In this document: positions 1-11,836 of the stretch, one piece after another
Layout: every line of letters starts with the position of its first letter
How positions within the stretch are numbered: the stretch's first letter is position 1
Source of the DNA: Trichosphaerium sp. ATCC 40318
Taxonomy: Eukaryota > Protista > Tubulinea
Assembly (NCBI GenBank): GCA_038496445.1
Contig: JALMLS010000436.1
Coordinates: forward strand, 1-64,000
Reading direction: 5' to 3'
DNA: 64,000 nucleotides
Notes under the pieces: model-generated
Told to the model about the DNA's origin: nothing
The model's database searches: none
What the model saw: the letters and a program-made list of their open reading frames with translations, nothing else
Translations under genes and position numbers: made by a program

Positions 1-830
1 CCAGCAAATTGCAGCTTTAACTCATCAACTACGCCTGTTGTCATTGATGATGTTGTTTTAGACGCCAGAAACTATACTATAATTGTTCAAGGTAACTAAG
101 ATCCTTAAATTGATCGAAGCTCACGATTAACGTTAGGAAACTTGACGTTTTTACGATCAATTGTCGTTGTTAACGAGCATACGCACATCGAAGTTGAACA
201 GTGTCCTCTTTTTCTTGATTCAACTGTTCGCGTTTTATCAAACAAAACTGTTGTTTGGTTTGCTGCATTCCCTTTAAACTGCTTCATGGACACAAACACT
301 GTAACACTAGATGCTGATAGCGAATGTTCCGCATTAAAGAAAGGTAACAAACTTGTTTCAATTGGGTAGGTAATTTAACACTTTTTTTTAGAACCATCCA
401 AAATAGGCACTTTTGTTCATCTGGGTTTTCACACAACATGTCGTGCCAGTGTATTATCAAGTTACAAACTATTGACGATTATACTCGGGATAATATTGGT
501 ACACTTATTTCTGCCAGAGGGATGAAAGCAAAGCAATATTGCTAGAGAAAAATAAAACCGAACAATTTTTTTTACAACACTTAATGGCGGCTTTCTTGTA
601 GAGACTATCTACTACGTTGCTTACGTCAGCGATAGTATACATTCCAATAATCTCAAACGTGTCACTTACTGCGTAGTATTTAAACATGACGCATTGTTGT
701 ACCTCGTACTACTTGCTTACCAAAATTGGTAATTCTGAGTTCAGACATTGACATGTAAATGTTTAAGACATCAACACCTTGAAAGTACGTTACAAATTAC
801 TCCAACATGTTTCCTTTATGGATCAGTAGA
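1..830 (+). CDS. 3' part of a multi-exon single-pass membrane protein (5' end outside window; stop approximate)
   Basis: Open exons separated by short GT-AG introns; beta-rich Cys-containing ectodomain followed by hydrophobic LLTIILGIIG/TTLLTSAIVYIPII segment. Confidence 0.4.
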
Positions 831-1112
831 TAATTTAATAAAAGAGTATCCTGTAATTTCATTATCTAAAATACTATCTGGGAACTCAGCAGTAGCCACA
901 ATTAGTTTGTTGAGATTATTTGTTTTAGCCTTAACACAAAACGGTACTTTCGTGCCTGCTCACTTACAGCAAACAACTATCAAGCAGCGGTCAATAAACG
1001 GAGTCCTGTGACGTTCCTAAAAGAGATTCCTTTTGCTATTTGTTGCTTATGCTGCAAGTTTAAAGAACAGTTTTATTAAGTGAGTGAAAATTAATGTATG
1101 AAGAAAGTAGCA

Positions 1113-2333
1113 TTATACTTCAGAGTATTCATCTCTCTTTGTGACTAAACAAATAGTGGGAACGAATTCTCGTACTTGCTAATACGGAAAAACATACCTA
1201 GTCCGACTAGAAACATAACACCATCTTTGCAAAGCCCAGGAATGCTGAACCAGAAGTCCTATTTGGTAAAAAGTAAATACCAATTGTTTCTTTTAAAGTT
1301 TATTTTTGGATAACTGAGCAAGATACGCACTTTGTGAGGAATTTTCTCTCCATTTTTCCGGACTATATTGAAAGTAACTGTTCCAGCTACGTATGCAATG
1401 ACACCAAGCAAGAGTACAATAAGCATAATGGAACCAATACTTAATCCTTTCTTTTTGTTACTACCATCTCCTTTGCCGCCACCGCTACCGCCTCCACTTG
1501 TGGGGCTGCCGCTATTGGTCTTACAAGCGTGGATAGATGAGGCTGTCATTCTATAGTGAAGCCCTTCATTATCAAAGACCTGGAAATTGGTCCATGCTAG
1601 AAGAAAACTATCAGCATGAAGCCAAAAAATGTGTCAAGCCAAACTGAATACCATCTGTTCCGCAAGATATTGTCACTAGTAACAAATCATGTTAGATAAA
1701 AAAGTGGTTAAGTATGCTCTATGCACTTACGTTCAAAAGTTCGGTGTAGATAACCACCAGAGTAGCTCAGTTTAACACCTCCATTGTTATCAAGACCAAT
1801 TGCTTGTTCTGTATCTATTGTACCAATCGAGTACTGAACAAACAATTAGACGAACTAAGCGAAGAAGAAAGAACAATCCAACAGAGTTCGATTCCATATC
1901 GAGAAATTTCGGAACATCTCCTTGGAAATATCACTGTACCATTGCTCCTTGAGCATTATATTGCCCCCACGCTTGACAACCAGCGAAGTATTGCTATGGC
2001 GTGGTCAGCAAACAGATTGAAAGCAAAATGTGACCAAAAGACGCACATTTTGGCAAAGAACGTTCGATTCTTTGCATATAGATACGCGGTATTGGTATTT
2101 ATCTTTCTACAATAGTAGTAAGTGGAATGTTCGCTTTTTTGTTCACTTACCCCTCCACCGCAGCCATCACACTTTACAGTACCGTATCCGGTTACTAGCT
2201 TACCAATAAGCGCAGATAGATCATATTGTGACCCGTCTTGGGCTACTATCGACCTACAATCTGCGTATACCTTTGAAAGGCATAGTAGGCTTACAAATGC
2301 CACCAAGAAGAGTTGGTGTTGCGAGTACGACAT
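1113..2333 (-). CDS. Mannose-6-phosphate receptor homology (MRH) domain type I membrane protein, CD-MPR/Atg27-like
   Basis: Signal peptide; C..GSQYDLSAL start of MRH domain; ACK end of domain; TM GLSIGSIMLIVLLLGVIAYVAG; IPHK-DFW..PGLCKDGV.F tail typical of M6PR/Atg27; ends KRDEYSEV* (Yxx-phi). Confidence 0.8.
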
Positions 2334-3006
2334 TTTCTTAATAGTATTCCAACTGTTTCTCGAAAATTGACGAAATTTTTCTCAATTTGGAGCATCTAAA
2401 TTTTACGGTATATCTTCTTGTAGTTGTAAGTGCTTATTATCTTGTGCTTCATTTGATTTCTTTTCATTTAAGGATCTCTTATATGAATTTGTTGGGGTCT
2501 GGTCAGCATCTTCTACGGGACTTACAGACCTTTGTTTTCTGTACGAAAGAATTGTAGTTGGATACAATCAGTGACGCCTAAAAATACAACTGGGAAAGTT
2601 CGAAACGAAAAAGTTCGAAAAAACTACTTAAAAAAATTACAGACTAGCAAGGTTTCTTCTAATTGTTTCTGCTGGGGAGTGCTGACAACATGTGCAAGTG
2701 TTATGTAAAAGATACTACTAATCGTGACAGTGAAGCTAGTCGGATTCTTGTGCCAATCAAAATGTAGCAAGCACGGCCATTTTCTTTGCGAAGTACTTTA
2801 CATCCTTGTTCTATGTTGCTACTGTACCAGTAGACTCATACTCAGTTAGAAGAACATATCTAGTTCAGAGGATGGAAATTGCGTAGACTAAGCTGAGTCG
2901 AAAGATGTTTTTTAAAACGCTCTTAAAAAGGAAACTGTAAAGAAAAAAAAAAGTTTGTTTCATTGAATTATTAACTTTATTTTCCCTCCAAACAAACAAT
3001 AATTGT

Positions 3007-4688
3007 ATGGACAATACAGTAAATGATATTGACGATTGGATACCAGAACGCGTACTAAATAAAAGAACGTTGAAATCCGTACGAGCGAGAATAGTTTTTT
3101 GTTGACTATTTATACGCCTTAAAGGGCGCTATAGAGTATTTAGTAAAGTGGGAAGGTTGGAACGTTGAACACGCTACTTGGGAGGTAAGTATAACATTTT
3201 TTGGCTTTATATCGCTATAAACTACTTATTTCGCTCAAGCACGAAGACGACCTTGAATGTGACATACTTTTATGTAAATTCAACTTAGAACAGCGGAAAA
3301 AAGCTCAAACGTCAAAACAACAACGCAAACACAGCAACGACGCTCGTACTATACGTAAAAAGCATGAAAAACAGTTTGTATACTCACGTGAGGCTATTTT
3401 CGGAAATCTTAATGTCCAGCAATCGAAAAAACAGAATCAAGAACGATCATACCAAGAAATATGGCAAAACATTGATCACTCGAAGATGTTTTCAAAGTAC
3501 CCTCGCAAAGGCGATTACATGCTTTCTTTTGAACCAACAGAACCAGAAAAGTACTTGCCTGTTCTAGCACAGTATGGGTTTGTAGTTATAAGAGTATTAA
3601 ACAAAGAAGAGTGTGTTAAATCTCAAAAAGCACTTTTTGAAGAAGCCAATGAAGATGCTTGTTCTCATCAGGAAGTCAAGCTTGATCGCTCAAAACCTTG
3701 TACATGGGAAACAAAGAACTGGCCTTCGGGTAGTAAGTATTTATTCAGACGACCTGCATTACATAAGGTAGCATTTGAGAATAGAATAAAAAAAACAATT
3801 TATCGGACTTTTTGTGAGATTCATGGAACAAAAAAGTTATGGACTACTATAGACTATTGGGGTGTTATGAGAGGAACAAAGAACCTTGATTTTGTTGGAT
3901 CAGAAACTAAAAAAGAGAGACCCGCCTGGAAATTTAATCTTCAACTTCATTGGGACTTGAATCCATGGCAGTAAGAAATAGCCAAGTAATTCTCTGAACC
4001 AATTTATAACGGTTTTTTTAAGGTACATGGAAGAAGTTACAGATGGCTTGACCGCAAGATACCAAGCTCTTATCGCTTTAGGTACGCACATACATTGAAA
4101 ACTAATAATTGAATATTCAAGTATTAACTTGCAAATGATAGACGATTGCCCTGAAGAAGTTGGTGGATTTCTAACTGTTCCCGGATCAACAAGGTTTTTG
4201 AACAAGTGGTAAGTTTTTTTTACCACGTGTTTTTGCTTAACCAAGATTTTTCAGGCGAAATACACATATTAAACCACACAATAAGAATATATTAACACGT
4301 GTACCGCCATCAGACCCAATACAACAGTACACGCAAAGAGTAAGATATTGTCCTTCTGAAATTTTGTTGTACTTTTAACAGTGCTTCCTCTTTGTTGGCT
4401 TTGTGTTTACCGTTTTGTGTTTACCGTTTTGTATAGGTGCCTTTACGTGCAGGAGAGATGGTTATTTGGAATTCAGGACAAGCACACGCTAACTATGGAA
4501 ACACTTCGAATAAAATGAGATTGATTCAATTTGTAAAGATGATTCCTGCAAAAGATGAATGCTATATTCGTGAAAGGCGCACAGCAAAAAGAACACTTGA
4601 TGAGATTCCTGAATATAGACCATATGTTGATAGACTTGGTCTTGATGATTTTGGACTTAAACTATTTGGTTTAAAAGATTGGGAGTAA
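3007..4688 (+). CDS. Chromodomain fused to PhyH-like 2OG-Fe(II) dioxygenase
   Basis: Spliced exons 3007-3078, 3125-3184, 3240-: WIPERVLNKR/GAIEYLVKWEGWNVEHATWE/HEDDLEC is a chromodomain; downstream YGFVVI, LHWDLNPW (HxD), RYQALIAL, VGGFLTVPGS, PLRAGEMVIWNSGQAHAN..RLIQF are PhyH-family motifs. Confidence 0.8.
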
Positions 4689-4964
4689 CAACTACTGTTG
4701 TAACAGTTGGTAGTAACATAATGTAACGTCTCGACATAGGCACTACTGCCCTGTCGTATTCAGCCAAGCAAGTTCAATCCCTACATTTTACACCTGAAAC
4801 AATTTGGGTTCTTGTACAAGGTAATTGGAGTTCATTGGTGTAAATATAGACTAAATAAAATCAAAATCTGTTGCCAACACAAATGTATTTTTTTTCCAAA
4901 GATGTTGGTAATCTAAGTAACTTTATGAAACCATTAATGACACTTTACTCGCTTGTAATTACTA

Positions 4965-7938
4965 CTAAGTTAATTTATTCTCATGTTGTACTAATAGAAA
5001 TAAGAAATAATTAAAACAAACACGTGCGAAGGAACGAGAATAAGTAAAAACTTTAACGTACACTGTTTCGGTGGCATGAAGCAAGTGCCGTTCTTGGTCA
5101 ACTTCTTCACCAGCTACATATTCACTATTGTTATATGGCACCCATGACCAAATGGCGAATGATACGCCTACAGCCACAGTAACAAAAAGTATCATCAAAC
5201 TAGTAAAACTCCATGCAGGGAATCCAAGAATTATACTGTCAAGTTCACCAGGTGTTCTGAAAAACGACAATGATAGTATAAACAGGAGGAACCATAGTAA
5301 CCAATACATGTTATACTGTGCAGGATCCTTATCATCCTCTAAAACCCAAATAATTAGCCAAACAAAACAAGACATCCAGTAAACAAAGGTATTACTTTGT
5401 TTGGCTTTTTTTTCTACATACCAAACATAGTGTCAACATCAATACTTAACGTAAGAGGACCTTTAGGGCTTTTAAGCAATCTATCGTTTATAATTTGAAC
5501 TGCTAGCAGCACAATTATATTCGCAGTAAATCCATATACACCGGGATCAATACCAACTACAATCAAGAAATCAAACTAAGTTATTGTAAACTTCTATTAC
5601 TTACGTAAATTATCACCACCAGTAGCGATTATCATAATAACAGTGATTACAATACCTACTATACAACCGCAGAATAAACTTATCCAACGTATCCAACCCA
5701 AGTACAACCCCTACATAAAAGAATAAATAAGCACTGAAGGAAAAAAAACTGAAGTTGACTATAATTGTTTAACACGAAATCAGGCTGATCTGATGCTTCT
5801 TCAGTTGTTTTTCAGTATAGGTTACTCGTTTTTACGTACAAGTATAAAGCTTGGAGTTGCTTGGATGAGTATGTTACCAACAAAGAGCAACATGACATAT
5901 AAGTTAAATTCAATGAAAACTCCAATGATAATTCCGACAACAACCAATAAAACAGTCACAAATTTTGAAGCAATGAGAAGATGAGATTCCTTAGACGACG
6001 GCCATAATGGTTTAATAATATCTATAATTATTATAGAAGTTGCAGACATTAAAAGAGAATCAGTAGTGCTCATTCTACTCGAGTGTTAATGTTCCATTCA
6101 CAAAAACATAAATAAAATTGATAAATCTTTTTACGTACATTGCTGCTACTGAGCTTGCCAATAATAACGCTAAAGATAATAAGAAATATACTCCAATAAT
6201 TAGCAAGTACATGCGACAAAGTTAGAGAAACCTCCTTTAAGCAAAAAGTCCCTAGAGGTGAAGAGATAAGTTACAGAAATAACGATTTGTGTTACTGAAT
6301 TGATATGTAAGCTCACCCAATGACAATTGAAAGAATCTGGTCAGATTCATCATCACTCAAATCAGGATGACTGACACGGCCCAGGATACCAATAGTTATA
6401 CTGAACAAATAGTCAAAAACCTTCGTACAACCGAATAAAGTCGAAGTCAATCCGACAATCATGAAAACCGAAATAAACTGTAAAGTTTCTTTACCACAAT
6501 TAATTGTTGAAATATTTTGTTCAAATTAAAAGAAAGCACGTGCCTGGGTAAGTAAGCAAATCCTTGTACAAACACAAGCATCCAAATTCCAAGTTTAAGT
6601 TTCTTCTCGCTTTGTACTGCAAATATTCTTTGAAGCATATGAGGGTAGATCATTGAACTAAGCAAACATTAAACAATAACTATGTAGGTATTACTGGTAC
6701 CTAACGTTTAAGATAATGAAAGAGTACCAAGCAAGTTTAGCTGTAGGTCCAGGGACAGCAAGAATATGCTCTGGTAATAGCTTTGCTTGCTTAATTAAAC
6801 CTTGAACATGTAAATGAACCAAATAATGGCTTAATAACTTTTTTCTCACCTCCTTCTTGAACAACCCCAATCACAATAACGGATATAAACGCAAACATTA
6901 TCATGCTACCCTAGGATACTTATGAGCTTCTATCAAAGTTATCATAAAGTGCTATAAAAGTCACTTAAGTGACAGTACTTGAACAATATCAGTCCATGCA
7001 ACAGAACGCATTCCACCCTTAACCAAAACTTAGTATTAAGAATTAAAACAACAAGAGCACCAGCATCTCGTATATCAGCATAACTACACCAAAGCCGATA
7101 GCTCCCCAAATGCCATCCACAGTGTTATTACTTAGTCCCTTTCAACCGTTGAGATTTGGATACTTCATAGAAGAGTACAGAGTCATTACGAACCTCCGTG
7201 GATTGACCTATCGCTTTAAACTGTCCAATGATGTAGCATATATTAGGTACAAGTAAACACAGAGCTATAAGCGTTCTCAGCAACCGTGAACCGAATCTAC
7301 AGTAATGAGGAGAAGAGTCTTGTTGACTGCAAGTACCTATCACGTATAAACTCAGCCGGTGAAATGTACTTCCTTGCCTACCACCACAATCAAATTCACG
7401 CCCAAAACAAAGCCACGACATACTTTTGCTATACGATACAGCCTAGGAGCAATAGCTAAAAGCGGACCAGCTGTCCATAGAACTGATCTAAAGCAAAAAG
7501 AAATATGTTATCAAGTAATAATTATCGACTATCGGAATTTTCTTGTTGTTTTTTTTAAAGTACCCAGCCATCCAAACTAATGCTAGATAACCTCTTCTAT
7601 AAGCGTCTCCAGGTACACCGACAATAGTAAAACCAGAGTAAAATCTTTTTGAAACAAAAAAATCACGTGTTAGATGTAGCGGCTGTACCACGTGATAAAA
7701 ATTGCTTACGAGGCGAATGCCGTGCAAAAAAATACAAAAAAGCTCATTCGTCCTCCAACGATGTAATGTTCACCTCAAGGGTACTCTTAGTAAGCGTAGA
7801 GACAGTTGGAATAAATTTATAGCGACATTTACCTAGAGAGTTGTTTCGCTTCATAAAGAAGCCAACTACGCCTAATCCAAGGAGTACTATCAAGTACGCG
7901 GCTAATATTACCCATACTGTAGCACCGTAAGAAGCCAT
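4965..7938 (-). CDS. Sodium:solute symporter (SSS, PanF/PutP-like) with C-terminal two-TM extension
   Basis: MASYGATVWVILAAYLIVLLGLG; FYSGFTIVGVPGDAYRRG; GGMRSVAWTDIVQ; YPHMLQRIFA; AAMSTTDSLLMS are SSS motifs; many short introns; 3' end approximate. Confidence 0.85.
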
Positions 7939-8238
7939 TTGTGGCTTAGGCTTTACTCCAGAATAGAAATAAAAAAATGGTTTAAGTACGTTTGTAACAA
8001 TTGAGTTACCAGAACTGATTTCAAAGCATAACAATTGGCACAATCTGAAAGACTCTCAAGTGGTTCAAAAGGTTTGAAATCATGCATTGTAGTTCCACGT
8101 GAAAGTACGGAACAGTGACCAAGGTATCAGTACTTACTTCAATTTTCAATGAAACAAATACTCGGTGTCATCGATAGTGTGGTATTGTTTATTGTTTTTG
8201 ATTAAACCTCCACAAGACAAGCTAGAACTTAAAAGAAT

Positions 8239-10398
8239 TTAATTTGGAAATCTTGCGTTTTTGATCCAGTTAGAGAACATAACTAAAAATAACTTAGTAC
8301 AAATTGGAAATAAATAGGTTGCTTACTGTATGCTCTCTCTGGTTGGAAGTAAGGTACTTGATGTCCAGCATTACGGACAGTAGCGAAAGTCATTGTATCA
8401 TATACAGTGACGTATCCGCCAACTTGTTTACCACTGTCATGCCATGGACGCCATTCGTCTTTAATGTGCCTAAAAAACAGATCAGCAAAAAAAAACAAAA
8501 ACTGGTTCCACATACAAATTGATGCTGTTGATCCATCTTTGTGTTCCAAGCCATGGTACAATAGCGTCAACATCTCCGGCGTATACAAGAATATGTTGAT
8601 TTGTGGTAAAGAGTTTCTCGTATACAGGAATAACACTCTTCTTAACATCTTCGTAGTTGTAGTGAACCTATCGATAATAAATAAGCCAACTATGTGTCAG
8701 TAGCAACATACCGTTTGTGAGCAAGCTTCCCAGTGTGTAGGATCGGCATGTATGGCTTCTTGAACTGCAGGAGTCTATTAAACAAAGAATGTTAGGATTA
8801 AGCAATCAACAAACAAATTGTTGTGAGTATCCGTACGTTTAAGTATTTTGTGATATCAGCAGTGAGGCAAGCATCAAGACCATGTTCGGTTTTAGCAACC
8901 TTATTCAAAGCGCTGTGGAATGGAGAACCGGCTCTTGCAAATGCACCAACAACATCATTTAAAACACAAACATCAGCGTAAATATCGTAAATCTAAACCA
9001 ATGATTAGCACATACAGTTCCAGTTAAGATTTATAGCGTACAGATACATCACCCATTTGTTTGTTAGCTTTAGCTACAGCATTATCGCAAGCTGAATTAT
9101 CGACGCTACGCTTGGATACAAGTGGACCTAGTAGATTAGCTTAGAAGCTTACTTGTAGCAACAGCACAATCTGAAATAATTACCGTAGTTGGAGAGGTTG
9201 CAGTGTTTTTTGATTTCATCAATTGTACTCTCAGGTACCAAAGCACGTTGCCACCTTTAGGGTATCGAGATTAGATTTGTGCATTCTCAATAAATAATAA
9301 AAGAGTACCATGAATCAATAGCAGCAGTGTTATCAACTGGCATATGAGTCCACGCGTTTCCAACCAAAAATCCTTGAATATTGATTTGCGCTTTGTTCTC
9401 GAGATTTCCTTCGTGAATACGAAGAGCTAATTCAGGTACGTAGTGTCCTAACTTCTTTAGCAAACAACGAAGTAATGAGTTGAAAAAAAATTATCATACC
9501 TCCATAGGATTCTCCAGTAATCCAGAATTCACGACCAACAAACTCAGGAAATTCTTCATGAATGAATTTCAACAAGAAAGTGTAAGTATCATTCGCTAGA
9601 GATAACGTAAGTTGTTTAGAACGTTGGAAGCGACAAAAAGAGATTAAATCTTAGTTACCGGTCTTAATATCATTTGCATCATAATCCATAGGATCTCTAA
9701 CAGTAGAGAAACCTACACCAGCTATTTTTCCAAAATTAGAACCTTTAACCATAAAAAGCAAGTTGCCTTAGTTCCAACTATGGACTTTTCAATGTAAATT
9801 TCAAGAAAAGAATTCATGACGTTGAAATACATGAACCTTCGCTTGAATGTTGTTAAAAACGTACCAGGTGATTCAATCCAGATAACGTTTGCTTCTAGAT
9901 TCCATGAGTATTCGTTAGCGTATAGAGAATCTCCGCCAATGTTCATTGTGTACGGACCGTTCTCCTAGGTATAATTGAGCGTTTTTGAGTCGGAAAGGGT
10001 AGTTTTTGATGGAAAGTTGGAGAAAAGGCCTCTTTGAGCGTAAAATACGTACCCCGAGGGTTGCAACGAGTCCTGAGCATCCAGGGCCACCAGTAAGCCA
10101 TAATATAAGTGGATCTTTGGCTGGGTTGCTTTGAGATTCTGCAAACCTTTAAAAAGCGTTAGGCGTTTTCAATATTGTGCGCAAGCGTACCAATAAAACA
10201 ATCTGCGGTCTCTTTGTTCATTTGCTGTAATATAACCAGAATACTGTTTAAAAGCTGGAATATCAGGCTACACGAGCGTCAGTTTGAGCTAGTAAGCTAG
10301 TTGAGTACCAAACCAGGCAAATTTTCAATAAGGGCGCCATTGGACGCAAAAACGCAGCAAAGTGCGCATAAAACTCCGAGTAATACACTTGAGTACAT
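8239..10398 (-). CDS. Serine carboxypeptidase, peptidase family S10
   Basis: Signal peptide; FKQYSGYI; [14 protein letters not shown]; ENGPY; [15 protein letters not shown]; [14 protein letters not shown] (catalytic Ser); YSGDVD (Asp); [10 protein letters not shown] (His). Confidence 0.95.
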
Positions 10399-10508
10399 GT
10401 TTGCAATTTGAAAATAGAAAACCGCGATAAGTCAGTTTGGGCTTAACCTCCAAAAAAAAGGGTAAAAAGAATACAAGAAAACAAGTTTTATGATACATTT
10501 CGCAGCCT

Positions 10509-11760
10509 TTATATCGTACAATGCTCTTCTTCTATGGAATAGCAACGAGATGCGCCAGACTATCGATTCTTAGAGCTCTTAGGGATTGTGAAGGATAACG
10601 TTGTTCATCTCATTAAGCGTTTTGCTCTGTGAATATCCGGGCCTTTTGTTCGCTTCTTACTATTTCTTTTGGGCGCTAGCAACGTAAATAGATTACCTCC
10701 TAAAGCAATGACAATTAGCACATGCTTGAGATACTGTTAAGTACAACCTGTAACAGCACAAATCAAGATCAGTGATTCGCGCAAAAGAACAATAACCACT
10801 CGGTTAAAAAAATCAAAGTGAACAGCATTTACACTGTTAACATCTCCAACACGTGATGTCTGAGTCCAAGCTTCTTCAAGAGTTCTCAAATTTAACAATG
10901 CAATCTTCCTTCCACAATTAGAGTATTGTCGTACATATACAAGGTAATCTCCAAACAAGGAGTTAACACTTGAAAAAAAAGAAAAAAAAAGAAGTCACGC
11001 TACCTCTGTCTTTGTAGTAAGTGTATACAGCCACTTTATGACGGCTACTCGCAAGAAAGTGTTTATGCCCGTTATTTTTAAACAATAAACAAGCACTCAC
11101 TCCTGTTGTTACATCAAAATCTCCTCTTGACTCTGAGTAATGACAAAATGATTCTTCTTTACATGATGTTTCACTATCACGTGCATTTTTCATAATTATA
11201 CCATTCGCAACTGTACACCAATTATCAAAACAACAATCGTTGAGCGTCTCAAAACGTCTTTGTTTGAATCAAACCGTCGAACAATCAAAAAAAAAAAAAA
11301 AGGAATAAAAATGGTTTAAACGGCGTCGTACGACTTCCAAGTATCTGTTGCGTGTTGTGAAATAAACTAAATCGATCTTTAGTCAGATAATTGTTTCAAG
11401 TTGTTAAAAAAACTTACCTTTGCCTTCCAGTTGTTGTATGGCGCGCATGTACTTGTATGAGATAAAGATTGCTTCCAAAAACATTCATCTTGTACTATTT
11501 TATTCCATCCCTTGCATACATACCTTACAACGCCATTTTAGAGTTATTTAATGGTAATTCATGTGTACTCAATGGCCAGAAGCGATTTTCCAGATACCAT
11601 AACCCAAATCATACATAAACACTCCACAGGCAAAGAGAATATGTCTACTATACCCTCGTCGTACAAAATAGACGAAGAGGTTTCTAACAAACAGTTTTTA
11701 GCTAACATTAAGCGCTAAAATTGCGGTGTAGAGGACTAACGTACCTGAGCGGACAAGCAT
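10509..11760 (-). CDS. F-box protein with a putative beta-propeller-like C-terminal region
   Basis: Spliced DIFSLPVECLCMIWVMVSGKSLLAI/YVCKGWNKIVQDECFWKQ matches the F-box consensus; downstream exons at 10.5-11.2 kb; boundaries approximate. Confidence 0.6.
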
Positions 11761-11836
11761 GTAGCAAATTTAGTTAACGTCATTCTTGAACGGGCTTAAT
11801 CAGCATAATTCTTCGCTATTCTTCATTCAACGCCTG

